Part shown: piece after piece, positions 1-9,395 of the stretch
Layout of the letters: each line of letters begins with the position of its first letter
Numbering within the stretch: the stretch's first letter is position 1
Source: Candidatus Omnitrophota bacterium
Lineage (GTDB): Bacteria; Omnitrophota; Gorgyraeia; Zapsychrales; JANLHA01
NCBI GenBank assembly: GCA_020632535.1
Contig: JACKFJ010000005.1
Span: 200 to 64,199, forward strand
Reading direction: 5' to 3'
Length of the DNA stretch: 64,000 nucleotides
The notes under the pieces: generated by a model
The model's input: the letters and a program-made list of their open reading frames with translations, nothing else
Told to the model about the DNA's origin: nothing
The model's database searches: none
Program-made: the position numbers and the translations under genes

Positions 1-261
1 AACCTTTCAATCTCAGGCCTAAATTATAATTGCCTGGAAGCATTTTATCGATCAGAGTAGGAGTATAATACGTATAGTGTCGATTGCCCAAATAGACATC
101 TGCCCCCGAAGGGATAGTCGAAATCGAAATCACACCCGTCGACGTCATCTTTTGATTCAAAGGATTGTAAATGTAGCCCAGTGAATACAAAATCACCCAT
201 GGACATACAACACAATAAACCGCTAAGAACAAAAAGAAAATTATTTTTCGAAATAAACGCA

Positions 262-483
262 TTATAAATTGGGTTTATATCGGTCAGGTGGCCCGTTGAC
301 CACCTGCAAAAAAGCCTGAAACTTTCGCGAAGGGACAACCATCTCCGTTACTTTTTCATGCGTCACATCTTCAAAGATCATGGTCATTCCTTTACGACCA
401 TCATCGTCAATAAAATGCTTAATATAGACGCTATAATGTGAACCCAAATAATCCCATTCAATCAAATTATTAACTTTACTCAC
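262..483 (-). CDS. hypothetical small protein (73 aa)
   Basis: GTG-initiated ORF 16 nt downstream of the BI-1 family gene on the same strand. No recognisable motif. It overlaps a 97-aa ORF (45..338) in another frame, so coding status is uncertain. Confidence 0.3.
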   Translation of the reverse strand: MSKVNNLIEWDYLGSHYSVYIKHFIDDDGRKGMTMIFEDVTHEKVTEMVVPSRKFQAFLQVVNGPPDRYKPNL

Positions 484-498
484 GTTTTATTCCCAACT

Positions 499-1233
499 TT
501 AATTGCGGCTACGAAGTTTAGAAAGTAACCGTAAAATTTCGATATATAACCAAATCAATGTGACCATAAGCCCGAAAGCGCCATACCATTCCATGTATTT
601 CGGCGCGCCGCCTTGCGCTCCCTTTTCAATAAAATCAAAATCAAGTACAAGGTTTAACGCCGCAATAACAACGACGAAGAGACTAAACGCAATACCCCAC
701 GGGCCACTGCTATTAATAAGCGGAATATTGACATTAAAAAAACCAAGTATAAAACTGACGAGATAAAAAATCGCAATCCCACCTGTCGCCGCAAAAATTC
801 CCAAACGGAAATTATCGGTGACAGTGATAAAGCCAGTTTTGTAAGCCAATAAAAGCGCGAACATTGTTCCAAATGTCAAACCAACCGCTTGCATCACAAT
901 TCCGGGATACGAACGTTCAAACATCGCGGATATGCCACCCAAAATAACGCCTTGCACCAAAGCATAAATCGGAGATGTAAACATAGCCCATTTTTTATTA
1001 AAAACCGTCACTAAAGCGATAATAAACCCAACAATCACGGCGGGGATAAGAAATGGCATTAAACGGACCGGATCGCTCCAAACCCATGACGCGCTTAAAA
1101 GGATCAGCGCCAATAGCAAAAATGCTTTATTGGTCGTTCCCTGTACCGTCATTGCATTGCCAACATCATACGTTGCAACATTTTTAAATGCATTATCGTT
1201 TAAAACCGGATTCCCTGAGCGCATCATAATCAT
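499..1233 (-). CDS. Bax inhibitor-1/YccA family inner-membrane protein
   Basis: 244 aa with about 7 hydrophobic helices. N-terminal MRSGNPVL motif and charged C-terminal tail (LRLLSKLRSRN) are typical of the BI-1-like family. Confidence 0.85.
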   Translation of the reverse strand: MIMMRSGNPVLNDNAFKNVATYDVGNAMTVQGTTNKAFLLLALILLSASWVWSDPVRLMPFLIPAVIVGFIIALVTVFNKKWAMFTSPIYALVQGVILGGISAMFERSYPGIVMQAVGLTFGTMFALLLAYKTGFITVTDNFRLGIFAATGGIAIFYLVSFILGFFNVNIPLINSSGPWGIAFSLFVVVIAALNLVLDFDFIEKGAQGGAPKYMEWYGAFGLMVTLIWLYIEILRLLSKLRSRN

Positions 1234-1265
1234 TCTCCTTTTTATTTTTACTTGTTGTTAAATTT

Positions 1266-1640
1266 TTAGCTAATTAACCATTCAACAGGCAAAGGTTTCC
1301 GGCTAGCATATCCATCCTCTGCGCCGTGAAACCAACTGATGTCTCCTTCATCACTACGCCAACACAGCAAAACCTCTTTCCCATCAACGATAGCTGGGAA
1401 ATCCACCAGCCCATGTTCAAAATTCCAATCCTTATAATAACAACCCATGCGCTCTAATTCCGCCATGAGGGTTTCAATTTCTTCAATGATACGACGAGCC
1501 GCAATTGGCAAATCCTTTCCACCATGTGACGCGATAACATGCTTCATCATTTGACCACGCGTCAAAATATCAGCAACAATACTTTTGACTAAAGGCAATT
1601 GTTGCCGAGCTTCCACAAGAGTAAAATGTTTTTTAAACAT
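1266..1640 (-). CDS. DUF2203 family protein
   Basis: 124 aa. Has FTLVEARQQLP at the N-terminus and GLVDFPAIVDGKEVLLCWRSDEGDISWFH at the C-terminus, matching my memory of the DUF2203 pattern. Confidence 0.6.
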   Translation of the reverse strand: MFKKHFTLVEARQQLPLVKSIVADILTRGQMMKHVIASHGGKDLPIAARRIIEEIETLMAELERMGCYYKDWNFEHGLVDFPAIVDGKEVLLCWRSDEGDISWFHGAEDGYASRKPLPVEWLIS

Positions 1641-1655
1641 ATAAACCTTTACATT

Positions 1656-2336
1656 TCAAAACACGTACAATCTTGGTTGAATATCCTGATCTTTAATCCC
1701 CACACTCTGACTTTGCTTGTACAACAGGGTGGCCATTTGCTCATCACCAAGTTTCTGAGCACACAGCGCGGCAAAATAAGCACTTACTCCATAACCTCTT
1801 TTTAGCCGTTCACCAAAACTCAATTTTAAAGGCTGTGCTTTATAGATAATATAAACGAAAATTTTAAAATTACGTAAAAAAAGAGCATTGTCTGAAGGGT
1901 TTGTCATTAATGCCCTTTGAAACCCCGCAAGCGCTTCTCGATATTGGCCCTGTTCAAAATAGATCACAGCCAGGTTATAGTGAAACCATAAAAACTTTGG
2001 ATTCAAACTCACCGCGCGTTCATACGATGCCAACGCCTTATCTTTTTGACCTAAATGATAATAACAAAAACCCGCCATCGCGTGCGCATCTGCCTGTGAA
2101 TTATCGGTATTGATCACCGATTGAAAATATTGCAAATATGCTTCAATTTTATCACTAGGTATTTGGCCCTTTTCATTTTCTAAAGTCAATAAATCAGCAA
2201 AGTTCAATTGTGACACAAGGCGCCGTGCTTGCGTTTGTTGATGTTGTCGATAATCCAAAAAAATACTGCCCGCCAAAGACAAAACAATAAAACCTAAAAG
2301 CACATTGCTTAGAATTGTTGATTTATTTTTTTTCAT
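1656..2336 (-). CDS. membrane-anchored TPR repeat protein
   Basis: N-terminal TM helix (ILSNVLLGFIVLSLAGSIF) followed by TPR-like repeats (AMAGFCYYHLGQKDKALASYERAVSLNP, YNLAVIYFEQGQYREALAGFQRAL). Its ATG overlaps the upstream stop as ATGA (2333..2336). Confidence 0.75.
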   Translation of the reverse strand: MKKNKSTILSNVLLGFIVLSLAGSIFLDYRQHQQTQARRLVSQLNFADLLTLENEKGQIPSDKIEAYLQYFQSVINTDNSQADAHAMAGFCYYHLGQKDKALASYERAVSLNPKFLWFHYNLAVIYFEQGQYREALAGFQRALMTNPSDNALFLRNFKIFVYIIYKAQPLKLSFGERLKRGYGVSAYFAALCAQKLGDEQMATLLYKQSQSVGIKDQDIQPRLYVF

Positions 2337-4690
2337 AACCTTCTCGCTCGTCGATAACGAATAAGAATTCCTAAAAATACTGCTGTACCAATAAAGCTAA
2401 CAACCAAACCCAGATGCCACAAAACCGGTCGATACTCTAGTTCAATCGTATGTTCACCTTTATCCAATGCAAAACCCATAAAGATGTTATTTGCAGGGAA
2501 CAATGGCTGAGCGCGATCATCGACGCGCAACTGCCAACCTGCCTGGTACATTTCCGGAACGAAAACATAAACATCACTCGCAGCGCTAACATCAAACGTC
2601 AAATAATCTTTACGCTTTTCCAGAAAATTACTATATTTCGTCTTATTCAAATTCGCAACATTTTCTAAAGCGCGCGGCGAAAATCGATTCCAATCTTCAG
2701 CAGTCATATAAATTGTGCCGTGATATGGACGATCAAATGAATCAATTAATTCACGGAATGAAACAACTTGAATTTGATCACTAAACTTAACACGTTCAAC
2801 AGGCAAATCTCGCCTCCAAACATCAAGATTAGTCCCGTCGACAACCCTTGAGAATCCCGGCCAAGGTAAATTCATACCTTTGGCCACCGTCGTAAACTCA
2901 ACAGGGAAATACGTTGTTAAGCTCGCGGGAGTCGCGCCAAAATCGTATTTGTAATCAATCGTGCTTTTGGACCAATTTGTTTTTTTATGAAAAGCATTCA
3001 TGAAATTATTAAACCTCTTCGGTGGAATATTCAAAAATCCATTCACGCCATCCACATCAAACAGCAAATCATAATTATGCATCATTGTTTCGTATTGAAA
3101 CGCCTGACCTTGCGGCTCAACGTAAGCCATATAATAATGACGTTTCATACTCTGATAATACGCATGCTCCGGAGTGTCAAAATAAAATTGGGCGCGCGCG
3201 GTACGCTGACCTTTTTCACCCCAAACATAGCTTGTATGCAACAATTGACCACCCAGAAAAATCAAACACGCTAATAAAAGAGAATTTTGTAATGTTTTAT
3301 TCTTATGCCACGGAATCACGAAAAGCATCAAAGCCATCATCGCGACATACCTTTGGTCAAAGGCAATTTGGACACTGCCAAAATCATGATGAGGAAAAAA
3401 TTGATTAAGCCAAAGAGGTGAAAATAAATAAATTTCCGCTAAAATCAATAAAATAAATAAATAGTTTTTTCTATTTTTGCTCTCCGCAGGTTTCAACCCC
3501 AGAACCACAACGAGAAAAACAACAAACAACATGTCAATCATAAATCCGCAATAACCAAACGTAATCATCCGCAGAGGATTAAATAGTTTTGCGCAAAACG
3601 GAAAAACATTACTTAACAATTCCGCAATCGGCGGAACACAAAAGAAAAACAAAGTAGACATAGCCACATTAACAAATGGCCGATGTTGAGCGCCCCATTG
3701 CCGCATTGCCTTCCAATCGACAATAAGTTTTCCAACAGCAAAAAACATTAAAGCCCAAAATGCCCGCACGCCCTGATCGCCATTAGTAAATATAGAAAGA
3801 TGCAACAATTTCGCAATCGACATTTGCCCTTTGTAATCATTACGAAAAAACGGAAAATTATTAATCGGATATTCGCCGAGCGTGCGAATGGATTCCAAGA
3901 AGGTAAATGACAAAGTCGGCAAAAGTTGTACGCCAGCAATCGTGACGGCAAAAAAGAGAAACACAAAACAGCTCGTAACGCAAAGCACTATCTTGCGAAT
4001 CCATGATTTTTCCTCGACAAATAAAATCGCGTCCATCCCAATGAGAATCATGCTCCAAATGATCATTTGTGCATACTGCCCCGCGCCGCCACCAATAAAA
4101 ATCAGCGACATAAGAGCACCCATCACCGCACTACGCAAATAGAGATGCCGTTTAAATAATTTGGCATAACAATACAACATTAATGGAAAGACTGCGCATG
4201 CCCAAAGAAAGAATGGATGATGTAATATCCCTACATCGCGAGTAAAAACAAACCCCATATATGCCAATGCGCCATAACACGTCAGCGCAAAACTTAATCG
4301 CAAACTTCGCCGCAAGAGCAAACCCATCGCAAACAAACCAATAAAATACGGTTCAATCAGTTTAAAAACATAGAAATGGTCATAACTAATCCATTTGGCA
4401 ATAATATTACCCGGTGACCACAACGGATAAAACCCAGAAGAATACAAGCAAAACCCCCCACCAATTGAACGAGTCCAAAACGCAAATTCTCCAGTTTTCC
4501 ACTGGCGGGCAATATCAATCAAAATACCCCAATAATGATCACTCAATTCATTCAATGAAGTACCAAAAGGCGGCGATGCGGAAATATGCCATAAATAGCA
4601 ACAGCCCACCAATGCGAGAACAAACAAAATGCCAAAGTCTAAATATTTATGGAAAATTTTTCTCATATTGAAACGCATTTTAACATACAA
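2333..4690 (-). CDS. YfhO-like polytopic membrane protein (candidate GT-C glycosyltransferase)
   Basis: 785 aa with many TM helices in the first ~500 aa, a large soluble domain and a single C-terminal TM. This overall architecture matches YfhO-family proteins. The start among several N-terminal Met codons is uncertain. Confidence 0.6.
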   Translation of the reverse strand: MYVKMRFNMRKIFHKYLDFGILFVLALVGCCYLWHISASPPFGTSLNELSDHYWGILIDIARQWKTGEFAFWTRSIGGGFCLYSSGFYPLWSPGNIIAKWISYDHFYVFKLIEPYFIGLFAMGLLLRRSLRLSFALTCYGALAYMGFVFTRDVGILHHPFFLWACAVFPLMLYCYAKLFKRHLYLRSAVMGALMSLIFIGGGAGQYAQMIIWSMILIGMDAILFVEEKSWIRKIVLCVTSCFVFLFFAVTIAGVQLLPTLSFTFLESIRTLGEYPINNFPFFRNDYKGQMSIAKLLHLSIFTNGDQGVRAFWALMFFAVGKLIVDWKAMRQWGAQHRPFVNVAMSTLFFFCVPPIAELLSNVFPFCAKLFNPLRMITFGYCGFMIDMLFVVFLVVVLGLKPAESKNRKNYLFILLILAEIYLFSPLWLNQFFPHHDFGSVQIAFDQRYVAMMALMLFVIPWHKNKTLQNSLLLACLIFLGGQLLHTSYVWGEKGQRTARAQFYFDTPEHAYYQSMKRHYYMAYVEPQGQAFQYETMMHNYDLLFDVDGVNGFLNIPPKRFNNFMNAFHKKTNWSKSTIDYKYDFGATPASLTTYFPVEFTTVAKGMNLPWPGFSRVVDGTNLDVWRRDLPVERVKFSDQIQVVSFRELIDSFDRPYHGTIYMTAEDWNRFSPRALENVANLNKTKYSNFLEKRKDYLTFDVSAASDVYVFVPEMYQAGWQLRVDDRAQPLFPANNIFMGFALDKGEHTIELEYRPVLWHLGLVVSFIGTAVFLGILIRYRRARRL

Positions 4691-4889
4691 AAGGATATAT
4701 TACCTTGTGAATTGCAGAAATTTCTATCTACCTCTCGAGCTTAAGTCATTGTCTCCCTAACATATACGCATCAAGAAAGCCCTTTCTTTTCATCATTTTA
4801 TCACGCCCTATGGAGACGCAATGTATGGCATACTTAAACCAGTCCGTAATCAGGTTTAAAAGGAGTAGCCTATAGGGCTATAAAACGAT

Positions 4890-5933
4890 ATGACAAACGT
4901 TATAGGAAGAAAATACTTAGTACTCCTCTTTTCCTTGCTTTCTGCCAATCCCAGAGCTTCGGCAGATACCATTGAATTAGCCAACGGCCTGACCCTTAAA
5001 ACAGAGCAAGTCAAAGCTGAAGAAAACCTCAATAGCTTTCAATATGGCCTCGTAAAAGTCAACACCACTTACTCACCAATAAAAAATTTAAAACTCGATA
5101 GTGAAGAAAAATACAAACTTTTGCCTGAATCATTGTTTGTCAGTGATGCTCACGCGTCTCTTACTTCCATTGACGAAAACATTTTCACAGTCGGCCGTCG
5201 CGCCCACGAAGCTTTACGCTCAGCCATTCGCTTTGAGGACGTACGACCTTTCATTTCTAATGATGCCTATCAAAATCTCATTGCCAAACGTAATGAAGGG
5301 TCTAAGGAAATGTTGGTTTTACAATTATTAAGGACATCTATTCCCGAAGAAATTGAAATCATTCAGACAAAAATACAAGGTGATCTTGCGTGGGTCGTGG
5401 CCCGAGGGAAAATGCATGGACAACTCTTCTGGGGAATCTTATCTTTAACGCGCGAAAACGGGGACTGGAAATTAGCAGAAGAAACTTGGTACGGCAACAA
5501 TCAATACCAACCTATCATGGTCAAGAATATGACTAAGGCCAGCGATTTTCTAAAACAAATCAATGACAAACCAGCAAGTGACTTTATCAGTTGGGTTGAT
5601 CAAGCGGGCCAACCGCGAAGCACGCTACCTCTTGAACATGGGCGAATCAAAACTCCCAAAAGATCATTTTGTTTCTTTTTCTTTTATGATCCCGAAAAAA
5701 CAAAAAAAGTTTCTGGTGAAACACCCGTCGCAATCACCCCATCACCCGACATGCACATTGTCTGGCCGACGGGCTTGCGTCATGATCCCAAAGTTTATCA
5801 AGGCGATAACGCAGACGGATTTGATGTTTCAATTGCGGCAGATAAAGATGGCTACTACCCTAATAAAATGAATTTACGCATGCCTCGCGGGAAACCAAAA
5901 GAAGTTTATGTCGGAGTTCTTGTCGCGTTCTAA
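4890..5933 (+). CDS. secreted hypothetical protein
   Basis: 347 aa with an N-terminal signal-like segment (YLVLLFSLLSANPRASA). No recognisable catalytic motif. Followed by a stem-loop at 5965..6009. Confidence 0.6.
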   Translation: MTNVIGRKYLVLLFSLLSANPRASADTIELANGLTLKTEQVKAEENLNSFQYGLVKVNTTYSPIKNLKLDSEEKYKLLPESLFVSDAHASLTSIDENIFTVGRRAHEALRSAIRFEDVRPFISNDAYQNLIAKRNEGSKEMLVLQLLRTSIPEEIEIIQTKIQGDLAWVVARGKMHGQLFWGILSLTRENGDWKLAEETWYGNNQYQPIMVKNMTKASDFLKQINDKPASDFISWVDQAGQPRSTLPLEHGRIKTPKRSFCFFFFYDPEKTKKVSGETPVAITPSPDMHIVWPTGLRHDPKVYQGDNADGFDVSIAADKDGYYPNKMNLRMPRGKPKEVYVGVLVAF

Positions 5934-5964
5934 TATCTTCCATACTCTCCTTATCAACACAATA

Positions 5965-6009
5965 CAAAGAGGACAGCTCCATATGAACACAATGAAACTG
6001 TCCTCTTTG
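5965..6009. terminator. stem-loop between convergent genes (possible bidirectional terminator)
   Basis: Perfect 12-bp inverted repeat CAAAGAGGACAG (5965..5976) / CTGTCCTCTTTG (5998..6009) with a 21-nt loop. It lies between the stops of 4890..5933(+) and 6044..6307(-). The flanking U-runs are weak. Confidence 0.45.
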
Positions 6010-6043
6010 ATCAGACGCATGAGGCATACTTTAACTTCCTCCT

Positions 6044-6307
6044 TTAAAACCGCGAACGGCCTTCGTTAATTTGTTTTGCCTCACTGTCCGCGTCTGTTTT
6101 TCGCCCACGAAAGACTTCGACAAGCAAAGCGCTGATTTCCACCTGCTCGGCGCCAAAACCTTTCGCGTCACGAATAAGTTCCGCACAATCCTCGTAGCGT
6201 TGTGCCAAAAGTGCCTCCTTTAAATAAATCAAAGAAGTCAATTTTAGAACTTCGTTCGAATTTAACTGGCCGTTTTCACGACCTTTGATCGTTAAGTTGT
6301 TTTCCAT
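6044..6307 (-). CDS. hypothetical small protein (87 aa)
   Basis: ATG preceded by AAAGGAGGAG (strong SD). The helix LKEALLAQRYEDCAELIRDA only weakly resembles a UVR motif. No confident family. Confidence 0.5.
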   Translation of the reverse strand: MENNLTIKGRENGQLNSNEVLKLTSLIYLKEALLAQRYEDCAELIRDAKGFGAEQVEISALLVEVFRGRKTDADSEAKQINEGRSRF

Positions 6308-6395
6308 TTTCTCCTCCTTTCTTTTTCATTTTGTCTTCGCGAGAAATATACCTCGCTTAGCATTATTGCGAAGCGGCAAATCATATTCGCGCCGC

Positions 6396-6434
6396 AATAA
6401 AAAAGCCACCGCTCAACTAAAAGAGTGGTGGCTT
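6396..6434 (-). terminator. Rho-independent terminator (minus strand)
   Basis: GC-rich 12-bp stem (6403..6414 / 6423..6434) with one A.C mismatch in the minus-strand RNA and an 8-nt loop. It is followed on the minus strand by TTTTTTATT (6402..6396). Confidence 0.6.
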
Positions 6435-6559
6435 GATATTGCTCTGGAATTTATTTAATTAGTTAATCAAGACACACCGCCTCCGGCACGCTTTCTCCAT
6501 ACTGGAAAAAGGGCGATACAAGAGACATGCATAGTTTGATTAACTGATATCATCATAAT
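6396..6559 (-). ncRNA. candidate small RNA or cis-regulatory leader (~165 nt)
   Basis: Bounded by a predicted sigma70-type promoter (6566..6593) and the terminator at 6396..6434. Only 21- and 13-codon ATG ORFs without SD lie inside. No riboswitch class recognised by eye. Confidence 0.3.
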
Positions 6560-6565
6560 GTTTGA

Positions 6566-6593
6566 AGTTTACCACAAATCTCATGAAAGTCAA
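6566..6593 (-). promoter_or_regulatory. predicted sigma70-type promoter
   Basis: Minus strand reads TTGACT (6593..6588), a 16-nt spacer, then TGG-TAAACT (extended -10, hexamer 6571..6566). Confidence 0.35.
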
Positions 6594-6617
6594 ATTCAGC
6601 AATCGACACAAAATATT

Positions 6618-6637
6618 TACAATTTCACTACAATTTC
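6618..6637 (+). promoter_or_regulatory. tandem direct repeat TACAATTTC x2 upstream of the DUF1302 gene
   Basis: Identical 9-mers at 6618..6626 and 6629..6637 (11-bp phasing), 28 bp upstream of the ATG at 6665. The function is inferred only. Confidence 0.25.
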
Positions 6638-6664
6638 GCGATTATTATTCTAGAATACTTTTAC

Positions 6665-8350
6665 ATGAATTTAACTTTTTCATCCAAACAAAAATTTCTC
6701 CATACCTGCATCATGGTTGCTGTCGGTTTTTTCTTACTCACCACGGATGCCCACGCTTTTCGATTCCAACATAACGAAGTTTCCGGATTTATTGACACAA
6801 CAATATCGTCAGGTGCATCGCTGCGTCTTCAAGAACGCGATCCCGCGTTAATCGGTCGCGCTAACGGCGGAACCGCCTACACTGTTGATGGTGATAATGG
6901 TAATCGTAATTTTTCAAAAGGGACTCTTATCTCAAACACAAATAAAGCGATCAACGACATGGGTCTTTCTTACCAGAACTACAGTGCTTTCGTTCGTCTG
7001 TCTTATTTTTTTGATCCCGTTAATCGCTATAAAAAAGAACTCACTCCGTATCAACGCGAAAACGCTGGCCAAGGATTCGATCTTCTCGACGCATATGTAG
7101 AAGGCAAATTTGAACCTTGGGGTAAAAAACTCAATGTTCGAGTAGGAAAGCAAGTCCTCAATTGGGGCGAAAGTATATTTATCCCCGGCGGTTTAAATTC
7201 TTTAAACTCACTCGATGTTGGGAAATTACAAGTTCCCGGCGCAGAATTTCGCGAAGCCATTGTTCCTAGCCCAATGATATCGGATTCTTTTCAATTGACT
7301 CCACGTCTTAGCCTTTCAAATTATTATATTTTTAAATACGATCGTACAAAGCTCGAAGAATGCGGTACATTTTTTTCGACCACAGATATTGGGTGTGAAG
7401 GCGGAACTGGCAATTCAACCGGTGGCTATGGTCAAGTTGCCGAAGGGACTTCTAGCCAACTGACCCGTCGACTTAAAGATGATCGGCCATCAAATCATGG
7501 ACAATACGGCGCGGCTTTACGCTATTTATCACCTGAATTGAATGATTCAGAATTTGGTATTTATTTTGAAAACTTTCACAATCATGTTCCCGTAGTTTCG
7601 GGCGTTTCGTCCACACCGGGCGCGCAGCCATTTCTTTTCTTCCAATATTTAGAAAACTTGCAAGTCTATGGTTTTACAGCCAGCACAAATGTGGGAAGCG
7701 TCGCCATCCAGGGAGAATATTCTTACCGGCCTGACTATCCATTGCAAATTGAAACAGGTGAAGTTTTTGCCGCGGCACAATACTTTCCTTCAGCTCAAGT
7801 TGCGGCTGCTAAAGCTCCTGGGAATATCATTCGCGGATATCGTAAACTACCCGTCAATCAACTGCAGGCTAGCATGATCAAAGCATTTGGTCATAACAAT
7901 CCATTTAAAGCTCAAGAGTGGGTAGTCGCCGGTGAAGCTGCGGTAATCTACGTCTCACATTTTCCAGATAAACGAGACCTTCGTTTTGACGGGCCAGCAA
8001 CAAATTTAGCGGCCTACAGCGGCGTGGGTTCTCCGGCATTACAAACATCCGGCTGGGCAGATCGCCTGTCTTGGGGATATGTTCTTTCATCCTCTACAAC
8101 GTATCAAAAAGTCATTAAAAATATTGATTTGACACCCCGCGTAGCGTTCAGTCATAATGTCGAAGGAACCACTCCTTCACCATTAAGTCAATTTGTTGCT
8201 GACCGCATGAGCGCAACAATAGGGATTAATGTGCTTTACCTCAATCAATGGTCTGCTGAAATCAGTTATACAAACTACTTCGGTGCTTCGTTTCGAAACG
8301 CTCTTAATGACAGAGATTTCGCCAGCCTTATTGTCAAACATTGGTTTTAA
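6665..8350 (+). CDS. DUF1302 family outer-membrane protein
   Basis: 561 aa with a signal peptide (FFLLTTDAHA). Beta-barrel-like alternating sequence ends in an aromatic residue (VKHWF). Contains VDGDNGNRNFSKGTLISN and GFIDTT motifs that I associate with DUF1302. Confidence 0.75.
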   Translation: MNLTFSSKQKFLHTCIMVAVGFFLLTTDAHAFRFQHNEVSGFIDTTISSGASLRLQERDPALIGRANGGTAYTVDGDNGNRNFSKGTLISNTNKAINDMGLSYQNYSAFVRLSYFFDPVNRYKKELTPYQRENAGQGFDLLDAYVEGKFEPWGKKLNVRVGKQVLNWGESIFIPGGLNSLNSLDVGKLQVPGAEFREAIVPSPMISDSFQLTPRLSLSNYYIFKYDRTKLEECGTFFSTTDIGCEGGTGNSTGGYGQVAEGTSSQLTRRLKDDRPSNHGQYGAALRYLSPELNDSEFGIYFENFHNHVPVVSGVSSTPGAQPFLFFQYLENLQVYGFTASTNVGSVAIQGEYSYRPDYPLQIETGEVFAAAQYFPSAQVAAAKAPGNIIRGYRKLPVNQLQASMIKAFGHNNPFKAQEWVVAGEAAVIYVSHFPDKRDLRFDGPATNLAAYSGVGSPALQTSGWADRLSWGYVLSSSTTYQKVIKNIDLTPRVAFSHNVEGTTPSPLSQFVADRMSATIGINVLYLNQWSAEISYTNYFGASFRNALNDRDFASLIVKHWF

Positions 8351-8366
8351 AATAAAGGAAATGTAA

Positions 8367-9368
8367 ATGGAAACGGTTTTTTTGATCGGCGGACGTTCAT
8401 TTATAGGCGGCCATGTCTGCCGAGTACTTATTCAGCGCGGATACAATGTTTTGCTACACTCGACGAGTACCCCAAAATTTGAAAATCTAAAAGATATTCT
8501 TCCTCACCCACAAGTAACCACCGTCGTATGCCCATATGAAAATACTCAACTGCTCTCGGAACTAATGGCGAAAGCGAAATTCTTGATTTTCTCTGCTGTC
8601 CCTCCGGGGAAACAAACATTAGGACAAAAGCAAGCCAAAGGCCGCGACTTTAGTAATCTTAACAATATCCTAGAAGTTCTCTCGGCACACCCAATTGAAA
8701 AATCTGTTTTTATTTCCACATGTGGAACCATCGGATCCATCGACATCGGATCAGCTGATGAAAACTGCATTGCTAAAAAAGGACAAGGCTGGGCCGGGCT
8801 GGCTTTTAAATTTGAAATCGAAAAGCTGGTCATGGATTACTATAAAAAAGGTCTTAAAATTGTTATTGTCAATCCGACGATGTTTATCGGTGAGCACGAT
8901 ACAAAACCTTCAACAGGCGAATTCTTTCGCTTTCTGGACAAGTTTCCATTCATAATTCTTAAGGGCGAGAAAATAAATATTATTGATGTTGCGGATGCGG
9001 CTCTCGGGACAGTCTTAGCTTTAGAAAAAGGCCGAGTTGGAGAACGCTATATTTTAGGTGGGAGAAATATTTTACATGAGGAACTCATCGCTCGTATTAA
9101 AAAATGCGGCGGGAAAAAAATGCCGAAATTTGCTATCCCCCTGAGCTTATCTATTCTCACGGCAGTTACTTCCGAGCTCATCAATTTAATTCTGAAACAA
9201 GACAAGCCCATGGTGCCTCTGATTGGTATTGAATTACAAACTCACGGTTCCCAACATTATTCAACCGCAAAAGCTGAGCGTGAACTTGGATATGTTCCGG
9301 GAGATGCGTGGGCTGCGGTCGATCGTGCATATGCATGGTATAAAGATCACGGAATGTTATCAAAATAA
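8367..9368 (+). CDS. NAD-dependent epimerase/dehydratase family SDR (HpnA / dihydroflavonol-reductase-like)
   Basis: Rossmann motif IGGRSFIGGHV at the N-terminus. The C-terminal YSTAKAERELGYVP resembles hopanoid-associated sugar epimerase-type SDRs (from memory). Confidence 0.8.
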   Translation: METVFLIGGRSFIGGHVCRVLIQRGYNVLLHSTSTPKFENLKDILPHPQVTTVVCPYENTQLLSELMAKAKFLIFSAVPPGKQTLGQKQAKGRDFSNLNNILEVLSAHPIEKSVFISTCGTIGSIDIGSADENCIAKKGQGWAGLAFKFEIEKLVMDYYKKGLKIVIVNPTMFIGEHDTKPSTGEFFRFLDKFPFIILKGEKINIIDVADAALGTVLALEKGRVGERYILGGRNILHEELIARIKKCGGKKMPKFAIPLSLSILTAVTSELINLILKQDKPMVPLIGIELQTHGSQHYSTAKAERELGYVPGDAWAAVDRAYAWYKDHGMLSK

Positions 9369-9395
9369 AACAGATGTTTTAACGGAGGAACTTCA

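Noticed and set aside
45-483. Two overlapping small ORFs (45..338 and 262..483) might be one frameshifted gene. A lipobox-like LSGLLC sits in the 97-aa ORF.
   Set aside because: The two translations do not read as a continuous recognisable protein. The lipobox-like segment lacks a start codon at a suitable distance. Only the SD-less 73-aa ORF is retained, at low confidence.
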